From Candidatus Zixiibacteriota bacterium (GTDB lineage: Bacteria; Chloroflexota; Anaerolineae; Promineifilales; Promineifilaceae), in contig DASRZI010000085.1 in NCBI GenBank assembly GCA_035686605.1, positions 1-49,810 on the forward strand: a DNA stretch of 49,810 bases. Reading direction: 5' to 3'. The notes beneath the pieces were generated by a model, which saw nothing but the letters and a program-made list of their open reading frames with translations, did no database searches and was not told the origin of the DNA. This document shows positions 1 to 7,787 of the stretch, piece by piece. A program made the translations under genes and the position numbers. How positions within the stretch are numbered: the first letter of the stretch is position 1; each line of letters starts with the position of its first letter.

Positions 1-50
1 GAATCGATAGCTATAGAATACCGATTAGTGTATCCGTTTCGCCCTAAGAA

Positions 51-161
51 GCTGATTTACAATAACGTTGCAGATCAGACCCAACGGTTCCTGTCAAAAT
101 CGCTCTTTGTTAAAGGATTCTACCTCGAGTAGACCGGCATAAAGGAATCGATCTTCGTCTG
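51..161 (+). repeat. Non-coding 'module 1', copy A, directly preceding a tRNA half. A diverged second copy lies at 6903-7018.
   Basis: Aligns by eye without indels to 6903-7018. Identical blocks: gctgatttaca, cgttgcagatcagaccc, atcgct, ttgttaaaggattctacc. Stop codons in the frames I translated. Confidence 0.6.
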
Positions 162-208
162 TACGGTTCACATCCGTGAGGTCCTGGGTTCGAGTCCCCG
201 CGCGCCCA
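162..208 (+). pseudogene. tRNA-Val(CAC) 3' half (anticodon arm through discriminator) with no matching 5' half
   Basis: Anticodon stem-loop tacgg/ttcacat/ccgtg (U33, anticodon CAC, A37). Variable loop aggtc. T-arm ctggg-ttcgagt-ccccg with one mismatch. Acceptor 3' strand cgcgccc and A73. No gggcgcg acceptor 5' strand or D-arm upstream, and no CCA. Confidence 0.6.
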
Positions 209-285
209 CTGTCTACGAGGATTGCGCAGCGGCAAGTTGTGTAGTCCTCTTTCTTCATCCGTGTAGACTATTCCCCTTTCCGGCC
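209..285 (+). repeat. 'Module 3', copy A (second copy inside 857-940)
   Basis: Blocks shared with copy B: gcaagttgtgtagtcctcttt and tgtagactattcccctttccggcc. Contains a gtctac...gtagac long-range inverted repeat and a gaggat/gtcctc hairpin. Confidence 0.6.
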
Positions 286-446
286 GAGGGCTAATATCAA
301 CAAGTTCTGGTCGTTATCCAGCATAAGTTGCCGATCTATCTGAAACAGTTTCAACATCTCTATTTCATGTCCTTTCGTACAAAATCGCATAGTGTTGCCA
401 TATTTCCGCAGATACTTCGTGCTACAATGTTCTCGAGTAGTGAACT

Positions 447-806
447 ATGCCTAACTGGGGTGCAGCGATGGTACAAGAGAATCCAACTTTCCCTTCCGGC
501 GACGATTCGACGGATGGTCAGGACGAAGTTGCGCGCTTGGACGACCGGACCCGATCGGTGACCTTCGCTTGCCCTTGCTGTGGTTACTGGACACTGGCCG
601 AACGCGGCGGCTTCGACATCTGTAAAGTTTGTTATTGGGAAGATGATGGTCAGGACGATCATGATGCCGATACCGTTCGCGGCGGACCCAACGGGTCTCT
701 GAGCCTTACTCAGGCTCGGTTCAATTTCAAAGAATTCGGCGCCTGCGAACGCAGATTCGCGGACAAGGTGAGACCACCGCTACCCGGAGAAATACCTGAA
801 TCATAA
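447..806 (+). CDS. CPCC-family cysteine-rich small protein
   Basis: ACPCCGYWTLAERGGFDICKVCYWEDDGQDD...GGPNGSLSLTQARFNF matches the Cys_rich_CPCC domain pattern as I recall it. Start is uncertain; an alternative ATG lies at 468. Confidence 0.8.
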   Translation: MPNWGAAMVQENPTFPSGDDSTDGQDEVARLDDRTRSVTFACPCCGYWTLAERGGFDICKVCYWEDDGQDDHDADTVRGGPNGSLSLTQARFNFKEFGACERRFADKVRPPLPGEIPES

Positions 807-826
807 TACGGGCACGCACTGCTCGT

Positions 827-940
827 CTTGGTTTCGAGTCCCCGTGAGCCCACTGTGAGCTTGGAACAAGCAAAGGACTGCATGACAGCAAGTTGTGTAG
901 TCCTCTTTTTCGTCCATGTAGACTATTCCCCTTTCCGGCC
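827..940 (+). repeat. Copy B: T-arm/acceptor-like tRNA 3' fragment (827-852) plus 'module 3'
   Basis: ggtttcgagtccccgtgagcccactgt matches gggttcgagtccccgcgcgcccactgt at 186-212. The same downstream blocks as 231-285 follow. Contains the hairpin aggact-N19-agtcct. Confidence 0.6.
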
Positions 941-1180
941 GTTACCGTTGAGTGAATCAAGCGCCTGTTCCGCTGTATAGTGGAACGGCATAACCATTGT
1001 CTCTGTTTGCAGATCATCGTCTTGCAGCAGCCCTTGCTCGATGATCACGTCGCTGTACTCGCCCTCGGCCGTGAGCCACTGGCGTATCTCGATGAAGCGC
1101 CGGTCGATTTCGGTTGGTTGCTGCTGGTAGAGGATATGCAGGGCGCCGAGATGCCGGTGCCCGTTTTGTCTGTTGCACAT
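923..1180 (-). CDS. Hypothetical small protein (85 aa)
   Basis: The ORF has a strong GGAGG Shine-Dalgarno about 8 nt upstream of the ATG (forward cctcc at 1189-1193). Its stop lies inside repeat module 3. I recognised no family. Confidence 0.5.
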   Translation of the reverse strand: MCNRQNGHRHLGALHILYQQQPTEIDRRFIEIRQWLTAEGEYSDVIIEQGLLQDDDLQTETMVMPFHYTAEQALDSLNGNGRKGE

Positions 1181-1429
1181 ATTGGTGCCTCCATGTCTTG
1201 ATGATGGCCGCTCTCTCGGGAAAGCCGAACCAGGGCTGGGGAGCGGCAGATGTTCGGAAGAGCGAACTTTGATCTGCTACGTCAACGTGTGCTTCACCGC
1301 ATCTGACAACGCCATCACCAAAATTGCGAGAGAGCCCATTCAATTCTGAAGTTTACAATGACGAATGTCACTTGACGTTGAAGTTCAAGATGGTGTAGCC
1401 TGTAGTCGTTATATGTGATCATAATTATT

Positions 1430-1461
1430 GGGATGCAATTCATCTGGGATGCAATTCATCC
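1430..1461 (+). repeat. Tandem 16-bp direct repeat (gggatgcaattcatcY, two copies) upstream of the giant surface-protein gene
   Basis: Read directly: gggatgcaattcatct gggatgcaattcatcc. It lies about 200 bp upstream of the 1669 start. Confidence 0.7.
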
Positions 1462-1668
1462 GGGCTACCCTTCTTCCAGGATGCATATTTGATCGCTTAA
1501 ATCGCCACGACCGGCCTGGTTCGCTCTGGATTCGACCAACGCCTTCTCGATTCCACCCCTTTAGTCCAACAACGTATTATCGCCCACTGAGCGTTAGCTG
1601 ATGATCGTGCACGCCATCGCACGCGCCGATGGGCAGTGATAACCAGTGAGTTTATCGGAGAGTCGATT

Positions 1669-4600
1669 ATGCCCACCTCATCGCGAAAAGTATCCTTGAG
1701 AGTTCCAGTCCTGATTGCTTGTGTAGTATTTCCGCTCTTGCTGCTTCTGGCTCTGACCTTGCCGCTGCAGGCGGGCAGCGTGTTTTATGCCGCCCCTTCG
1801 GACGTGGGCAGCGGCAATTGCGGTAGCTGGGGCAACGCCTGCACGCTGAGTAAAGCACTGCTCCTGGCAAGCGGCTCGCCCGGCTCAGAGATCTGGCTAC
1901 TGGCCGGCGTGCACAAACCGACCACGGTAACCACAGAGCGGACGGCGACCTTCTTCGTGCCGGACGGCGTGTCGATTTACGGCGGTTTCACCGGCTCGGA
2001 GTCGGTCCGCGAGGAGCGGGATTGGCAAAACAACCTGACGATCCTGAGCGGTGATATTGACAGCAACGACCTGACCGATTCAAACGGCGTAGTGACCAGC
2101 ACGGCCAACATTACCGGCACGAACAGCTACCACGTCTTGCTCGGCGGAGCGGCGGGGTACACGGCCGTGTTGGACGGCTTCACGGTAACAGCCGGATTCG
2201 CCGATGGCCCTTATAGCGGCTTCTGCGATTTAGCCTGCGGCGGTGGCATGTACAATAACAACGGGCAGGTAACTATCGACAACGTGACCTTCAGCGGCAA
2301 TTATGCCGTGCACACCGGCGGCGGGATGTACAATATTTACGGCAGCCCAATAATGAGCGGGACAGCCTTTTTCAACAACCAGTCGGATCAGGGCGGCGGG
2401 CTGGCCCTGCGCCGGAGCGCATCGGTTTTAACCAACACGACTTTCAGCGGCAACGCGGCCAGCTACGGCGGCGGCGTCTATGTTGTTGAATCAACAGGTG
2501 CTACCTGGAGCGGCACCCATGCTCTAGACAACGTCTACATTTCCGGCAATATGGCGACATCGCATGGCGGCGGGATATACAACTCGGCCGGCACGGTAAC
2601 GCTGGTAGATGTGACCTTTGCCAATAACGAAGCCAGCCAGGACGGCGGCGGGTTATACACATACGGCAGCGCTGCCTATACCACGACCTTGAGCAACGTC
2701 GTTTTTATCGAGAACACGGCCGTCACCGGAAGAGGCGGCGGCATGCGCGATGCGTTCGGACAGGCGATTTTTACGGTTGTTACTTTCGACGGAAATGTGG
2801 CGGGAGATTGTGGCGGCGGCCTTTACACCGATAACGGATCCGCAACCCTGAGCGGTTCAACTTTCGACAACAACGAATCCAGCTGCGGCGGCGGGATGGC
2901 CACTCACGATGGCACCAGCAGCCTGAGCGGCGTGCTGTTCAGCGGTAATTCGACGCTTTCCTCTGGTTCTTACGACGGTGGCGGTATGTACATCTATTAT
3001 GGCCAGGCATCTTTGAGCAATGTCACCTTCGAAGATAATACGGCTACACGACATGGGGGCGGGCTGTTCACCGGCAACACCGCATCATCAGCTCTGACCG
3101 CCACGACCTTTATCAGCAACAGCGCGGATTACGGCGGGGGGATGGCCAACGCGGGCAGCTCCACTTCCCTGACCAACACGATGTTCATCAGCAACACGGC
3201 GATCTGCGGTGGCGGCGTTTATAACTATTCCAGCGGCAGCCACACCTTGTCGGGCGTAACTTTCGAGGGCAACGTGGCGACCAGCCATGGCGGCGGCCTA
3301 TGCAACGCAGTCTCGACCGCACTTGAGAATGTTTCCTTTGTGAACAACACGGCCGTGTACGGCGGCGGTTTCTACAACGGCTACAACACCGGCGAGGCGA
3401 CGCTGCTGGAGGTCAGCTTCAGCGGCAACAGCGCCGAATTCGGCGGCGGGTTTTATAATCTCAGCGGCAGCGCAGCCCTGAGCACGGTCACCTTTAGTAA
3501 CAACGCGGCCACTTTCGGGGACGGCGGCGGGATGTACTCGGAGGAAGGACCAGCGTCACTCAATGACGTTACTTTCGAAAGCAATACGGCCACTCAGTTT
3601 GGCGGCGGGCTGTTCAACCGTAGCGCCACCGTAACCGTGACCGCCACAACCTTTATCACCAACGACGCGCCACACGGTGGTGGGATGACCAATTTCGATG
3701 GTAGCGCGAACATCACCAACACGCTTTTCAGCGGCAACACGGCGATCTCAGGCGGCGGATTGAAGAACCAGTTTGGCGGCAGCATAACCCTGTCAGCCTC
3801 GACATTCGCCGGTAACCAGGCGAGCGAAACGGGTGGCGGAATGTACGTCAACAACCCGGCCGTGCTGGATGAGGTCACTTTTACCGGCAACACGGCGTAC
3901 GACGGCGGCGGGTTGTACGCCATCCTCAATGAGGTATTCTTAGCAGATGTCGTATTCGAGGGCAACATAGCCACGCGAAACGGCGGCGGGCTTGAGACCC
4001 ACAGTGCCAGTGCGACATTGACCGCCACGACCTTTATCAGCAACAGCGCGGATTACGGCGGGGGGATGGCCAACGCGGGCAGCTCCACTTCCCTGACCAA
4101 CACGATGTTCATCAGCAACACGGCGATCTCGGGCGGCGGCGTCTTCAATTTCTTCGACGGCAGCAGCAGCCTGTCGGCCATTACCTTCACCGGCAACCAG
4201 GCCAGCGGCGCGGGCGGCGGCATGTACAATGAAATCTCGGCGCTGTTGGAGAACGTTTCCTTCAGCAACAATGAGGCATACGACGGCGGCGGTTTGTACA
4301 ACTACGGCAGCCCCGGCATCGCCACGTTGCTGGATGTCACCTTTAGCGACAACATTGCTGAATATGGCGGCGGCATGCTCGATCTGTACGGCCCGGCAGC
4401 CTTGAGCGACGTCCTCTTCCAGGGCAACAGGGCCAACTCGTACGGCGGCGGCCTGTACGAGAATCACGCCAGCGCGATGTTAACCAACGTACGCTTTATC
4501 GACAACCTTTCGCAGGCCGGCGGCGGCCTGGCAGCTTACGACAGCAGTCCCACGTTGATCAACGTGCTTTTCCAGGGCAACAGCGCCTCGACCCTGATCT

Positions 4601-6351
4601 TCCCGCACGAAGATAGCGGCCACGGCAGCGGAGTGTTCAACACGGCTGTCAGCAACCCGACGCTGATTAATGCCACCTTCTCCGGCAACCAGGCCGAGGT
4701 CGACGGCGGCGCGATGTACAACCGCTCGAGCAGCAACCCGCTGATTGATAACAGCATCTTTTGGGGCGACACGCCGCAGGAATTTAACGGCGACGGCACG
4801 GGTACGTTGACGATCAACTATAGTAACGTGGCAGGTGGCTGCCCGGCAGGCGCAGTCTGCAGCCAGGTGATAATTAGCGACCCCTTCTTTGTCGATCCGC
4901 CTGGGGGCGACCTGCGCCTACTGCCCGGCTCCCCCTCGATTGACGCGGGCGACAACAGCGTGATCACCACCACCACCGATCTATCCGGCGGGCCGCGCTT
5001 CATCAACATCCCAGGCTCGCCTGATACCGGCTTGGGCAGCCCGCCGCTGGTGGACATGGGCGCCTACGAAGCGAACTTTGTCGACGCGGCGTTGATCAAG
5101 ACGGTTGCCCCGGCGACGTATGAACCGGGCACGGCGATCACTTTCACGCTCGCCTTCTCCAATGGCGGCAGCATCACGGCGGCCAACGTGACGGTCAGCG
5201 ACGAAGTGCCCTGGTATTTGACCGCTGCTACCTGGAATTCGAGCGGCGCGGCCATCAGCGATACCGGCCTTTTGCCGCCCTACATCTGGTCGGTGCAGGA
5301 TATGGCCCCTGGACAAAGCGCGGTAATCACCCTCTCCGGCGTGCTGACCGCGCCCCTTGCAGGCGGGACATACACAAACACGGCCGTGATCGCCGTGGAC
5401 GATGACGCAGCGACGGCCAATAACACATCCACGCTGAGCTTCGACGTGCCGAATCTGGCTCCGTTCGTCACCTCTGTCCCGGTCACACTTGTGACGCAGG
5501 ACAACCCATACACCTACAGCATCAGCGCGGCCGATTTGAACGGTGATATGTTGACAATCAGCGCGCCGACCAAACCGGACTGGCTGGCCCTGACCGATCA
5601 CGGCGACGGCACAGCAACACTCTCCGGCACGCCGGACAGCGGCGACGTGGGCGATCACCCCGTGCTGCTGCGGGTGATAGACGGCGGAGGCCTGATGGGT
5701 GAGCAGTCGTTCACGATCACGGTCGCCAACGTCAATGACGCGCCGTTCTTCATCAGTTCACCGGTTACTGCGGCGACGCAGGACCTAATTTTCAACTATA
5801 GCATCACTACAGATGACCCCGATCTAATCTGGGGTGCCACGCTAACAATCACCGCACCGACCAAACCGTCCTGGCTAATGCTGACCGACAACGGTGACGG
5901 TACGGCCACACTCTCCGGCACGCCGGACAATGGCGATGTGGGCGATCACGACGTGCTGCTGCGGGTGACAGATATTGGCGGCCTGATGGATGAACAGCCG
6001 TTCACGATCACGGTCGCCAATGTCAATGACGCGCCTGTTTTCACGAGTGCGCCGCTCACCTCGGCCACGAATGGTGTGCTTTACAGCTACAGCGTCACGT
6101 CTGATGACCCCGACCTGATCTGGGGCGATGTCTTAACGATCACCGCGATGACAAAGCCCGCCTGGCTGACGCTAACCGACGACGGCGACGGCACGGCGAC
6201 ACTCTCCGGACTTCCACGAGCCATCGAGATTGGCACGCACGCCGTCACGCTACGCGTGACAGACAGCGACGGCCTGACCGACACGCAGAGCTTTACGATT
6301 ACAGTCCGCGGTCTCGTCTACCTGCCGTTTGTAGTGGGCAAAACATCCTGA
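1669..6351 (+). CDS. Giant secreted or cell-surface protein: N-terminal signal/TM segment, about 30 parallel beta-helix repeats (Pmp-like), a DUF11-like domain and 3 Ig/cadherin-like repeats
   Basis: Hydrophobic N-terminus VLIACVVFPLLLLLALTLPLQA. Reiterated F.GN.A...GGG(M/L)Y units. LIKTVAPATYEPGTAITFTLAFSNGG...VTVSDEVP resembles DUF11. Three ~100-aa repeats end in FTITVANVNDAP. The ATG at 1669 has GGAGAG upstream; the tracked ORF opens at 1636. Confidence 0.9.
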   Translation: MPTSSRKVSLRVPVLIACVVFPLLLLLALTLPLQAGSVFYAAPSDVGSGNCGSWGNACTLSKALLLASGSPGSEIWLLAGVHKPTTVTTERTATFFVPDGVSIYGGFTGSESVREERDWQNNLTILSGDIDSNDLTDSNGVVTSTANITGTNSYHVLLGGAAGYTAVLDGFTVTAGFADGPYSGFCDLACGGGMYNNNGQVTIDNVTFSGNYAVHTGGGMYNIYGSPIMSGTAFFNNQSDQGGGLALRRSASVLTNTTFSGNAASYGGGVYVVESTGATWSGTHALDNVYISGNMATSHGGGIYNSAGTVTLVDVTFANNEASQDGGGLYTYGSAAYTTTLSNVVFIENTAVTGRGGGMRDAFGQAIFTVVTFDGNVAGDCGGGLYTDNGSATLSGSTFDNNESSCGGGMATHDGTSSLSGVLFSGNSTLSSGSYDGGGMYIYYGQASLSNVTFEDNTATRHGGGLFTGNTASSALTATTFISNSADYGGGMANAGSSTSLTNTMFISNTAICGGGVYNYSSGSHTLSGVTFEGNVATSHGGGLCNAVSTALENVSFVNNTAVYGGGFYNGYNTGEATLLEVSFSGNSAEFGGGFYNLSGSAALSTVTFSNNAATFGDGGGMYSEEGPASLNDVTFESNTATQFGGGLFNRSATVTVTATTFITNDAPHGGGMTNFDGSANITNTLFSGNTAISGGGLKNQFGGSITLSASTFAGNQASETGGGMYVNNPAVLDEVTFTGNTAYDGGGLYAILNEVFLADVVFEGNIATRNGGGLETHSASATLTATTFISNSADYGGGMANAGSSTSLTNTMFISNTAISGGGVFNFFDGSSSLSAITFTGNQASGAGGGMYNEISALLENVSFSNNEAYDGGGLYNYGSPGIATLLDVTFSDNIAEYGGGMLDLYGPAALSDVLFQGNRANSYGGGLYENHASAMLTNVRFIDNLSQAGGGLAAYDSSPTLINVLFQGNSASTLIFPHEDSGHGSGVFNTAVSNPTLINATFSGNQAEVDGGAMYNRSSSNPLIDNSIFWGDTPQEFNGDGTGTLTINYSNVAGGCPAGAVCSQVIISDPFFVDPPGGDLRLLPGSPSIDAGDNSVITTTTDLSGGPRFINIPGSPDTGLGSPPLVDMGAYEANFVDAALIKTVAPATYEPGTAITFTLAFSNGGSITAANVTVSDEVPWYLTAATWNSSGAAISDTGLLPPYIWSVQDMAPGQSAVITLSGVLTAPLAGGTYTNTAVIAVDDDAATANNTSTLSFDVPNLAPFVTSVPVTLVTQDNPYTYSISAADLNGDMLTISAPTKPDWLALTDHGDGTATLSGTPDSGDVGDHPVLLRVIDGGGLMGEQSFTITVANVNDAPFFISSPVTAATQDLIFNYSITTDDPDLIWGATLTITAPTKPSWLMLTDNGDGTATLSGTPDNGDVGDHDVLLRVTDIGGLMDEQPFTITVANVNDAPVFTSAPLTSATNGVLYSYSVTSDDPDLIWGDVLTITAMTKPAWLTLTDDGDGTATLSGLPRAIEIGTHAVTLRVTDSDGLTDTQSFTITVRGLVYLPFVVGKTS
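3095..3205 (+). repeat. Exact 111-bp intragenic repeat, copy 1
   Basis: Identical base for base to 4019-4129. Encodes LTATTFISNSADYGGGMANAGSSTSLTNTMFISNTAI. Confidence 0.9.
4019..4129 (+). repeat. Exact 111-bp intragenic repeat, copy 2
   Basis: Identical to 3095-3205. The offset is 924 bp (308 codons), so the copies are in frame. Confidence 0.9.
5449..6312 (+). repeat. Three tandem ~290-bp coding repeats (Ig/cadherin-like He_PIG-type domains)
   Basis: Repeated AP.F.S.PVT.ATQD..Y.YSI...D......LTI(S/T)APTKP.WL.LTD.GDGTATLSGTP..GDVG.H.V.LRV.D.GGL...Q.FTITV. Confidence 0.8.
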
Positions 6352-6381
6352 TTCAGTCGATTAGCAGTAGCGTCCTTTTAT

Positions 6382-6406
6382 AGCAGCGACTTTTTGCATC
6401 GCTGCT
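6382..6406 (+). terminator. Hairpin downstream of the giant gene (possible terminator, no U-tract)
   Basis: agcagcga-ctttttgca-tcgctgct forms an 8-bp perfect stem 31 nt after the stop. It is followed by gtgcc, not a T-run. Confidence 0.35.
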
Positions 6407-6902
6407 GTGCCTGACCGGCTATTCGGAAAGGCTGATATCCTCGATTAAGGCGCCGTTAGCCTCCGCTACTATTCATGCCTTGGGGATCGTTTTCTAAGGA
6501 ATAGGATCAACGGAAAGTGTAGCTTCGGTCTGAGAAGGTTTGGCAGATTTGTGCGAATTTGTGCGGGAGAGGACGGCTCCGGCGATGGCGAGGGCGCGGC
6601 AGCGCGTCGGTGAAGTCATCGTGTGTCGTGGTATACTAATACAGGCAAATGCTTCGTCATGGTTAATCTGCTGCAATTGCAGGATCCTAAGCCTGGTGCA
6701 GGGCCAGCAGCGGCAATTCTACGGAAGCATTCTACTGTTCTTCTGGGCAGGCTCTTGCGACGGGCAGGTCATCCCATTGAATTTGGTCAAGTTGCTGGGG
6801 ATGCAGTTGAATTATGGGGACTTGAAGGTGATGCAAAGTGGTCAACTGATGGTATGATACAGATAGAATGTTTGAGAGACTTTGACGTTCGAACACTCTG
6901 AG

Positions 6903-7050
6903 GCTGATTTACATTTTCGTTGCAGATCAGACCCCACGGATATTAACATAATCGCTTATTGTTAAAGGATTCTACCACGACAATACTGACATTACGGATG
7001 AGATTCCAGTTCTAAGGGTTCACATCCGTGAGGTTTCGAGTCCAAGCTCC
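6903..7050 (+). repeat. Copy C: 'module 1' plus a degenerate tRNA-Val 3'-half remnant (7019-7050)
   Basis: Collinear with 51-208. It retains ttcacatccgtgagg and tttcgagtcc but has lost the anticodon-stem pairing and part of the T-stem. Confidence 0.6.
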
Positions 7051-7312
7051 TCTAAGCAGATCCCGTTCTTAAGTCTAGCTCCCCATCTTCTTTGATTTCG
7101 CTAAGGCTCCAATCACCCGAACCTGAATATCCGACTTTAAGACAATGATATCAAAATACAAGGTGGTCTATAGATTCAGTTATGTAAATAAAGAAATCGG
7201 ACCTTAACTTGCCTATGTCTTAGCGCTGCGGAGGCGCATAAAGATGGTGCCCCCCCTACTAAATGCCAGAGGTAGGGTCGGAGATGTTTATGTAGAAGCG
7301 TAAAGAAAACGG

Positions 7313-7349
7313 TAGCTAATTATACTTAAGCTAAAAAATTTTAGCTAAA
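7313..7349 (+). repeat. Cluster of AGCTAA(A) motifs including the near-palindrome agctaaaaaattttagct
   Basis: agctaa occurs at 7314, 7329 and 7343, and again at 7684 next to the parA promoter. The region is AT-rich and ORF-poor. Confidence 0.4.
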
Positions 7350-7674
7350 CCATAGCCTGGATACACCGTCGGCTACACTTATTTCAGGAAAATTTGGGAC
7401 TATTGCTATCGACTCTTTTGGCAGCATGGTTGCAGGGTTCTGCTGGATCACCGCCATTGAAACGACGCCCCGCGCAGATCCGGCAATGCCCCACTCTGTA
7501 ATGGCAACGGATTTGCCAGGCCATGACTGTGAACTGCGTGGCCGATGTGGACGGAACCCATCGCGCGACTGGGTCGGCTCCACTTACATCTACCCGTTGG
7601 CTTGCAGGTCCCAGATTCCCGCGCTCGCGCTGAGAGCCGTTTTGCGGAGAAGTTTTCTGTAATTCCGCGTGTGC

Positions 7675-7703
7675 TTGACCAGAAGCTAAAAACTTTTTGC
7701 AAT
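7675..7703 (+). promoter_or_regulatory. Putative sigma70-type promoter of the parA operon
   Basis: TTGACC (7675-7680), a 17-nt spacer, then TGCAAT (7698-7703). Position-based prediction only. Confidence 0.35.
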
Positions 7704-7765
7704 TACGTGTAAGTGAGTGTATATTACGTACGCTCTACAATCATGATACACGTGATTACACGTAA
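7703..7765 (+). promoter_or_regulatory. Operator- or centromere-like inverted and direct repeats (TTACGTGTAA / TTACACGTAA, TACACGT twice, TTACGTA)
   Basis: ttacgtgtaa at 7703-7712 is the reverse complement of ttacacgtaa at 7756-7765. tacacgt is also at 7747-7753 and ttacgta at 7724-7730. All lie between the predicted -10 box and the parA ATG. Confidence 0.45.
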
Positions 7766-7787
7766 CGAGATGGAGAAGATCTGCCGA

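Noticed and set aside
51-210. Possible 3' portion of a tmRNA (ssrA) gene, a common integrase target, because of the T-arm and ~160 nt of conserved upstream sequence
   Set aside because: The acceptor 3' strand cgcgccc has C where the universal G3:U70 pair needs U, and no CCA is encoded. The segment just upstream folds as a normal anticodon arm with CAC. A tRNA-Val 3' half explains it better.
184-215. Resemblance of ggttcgagtccccgcgcgcccactgt to the cobalamin-riboswitch core (GGUG..AAUCC...CCCGCCACUGU)
   Set aside because: There is no B12-box-like element downstream and no plausible regulated gene. The same bases are fully explained as a tRNA T-arm plus acceptor strand.
1014-1343. 109-aa minus-strand ORF overlapping the 85-aa ORF
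   Set aside because: Its composition is low-complexity and Arg/Ala/Pro-rich, with no SD. It overlaps an ORF that has a strong GGAGG SD.
1667-6284. Many antisense and off-frame ORFs (60-225 aa) inside the giant repeat-protein gene
   Set aside because: They are Arg/Ala/Gly-rich translations typical of non-coding frames in GC-rich DNA. All are nested in one long ORF with clear domain structure.
6494-7702. Six short overlapping ORFs (60-105 aa) in the spacer between the giant gene and parA
   Set aside because: They overlap one another on both strands and have no SD or recognisable motifs. One merely ends at the start of repeat copy C. I treat the region as non-coding or decayed.
7713-7787. 25-codon N-terminal extension of ParA in the ORF track
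   Set aside because: It starts at a GTG and runs through the promoter/operator repeats. ParA homologs begin a few residues before the KGGVGKT motif, which fits the ATG at 7788.
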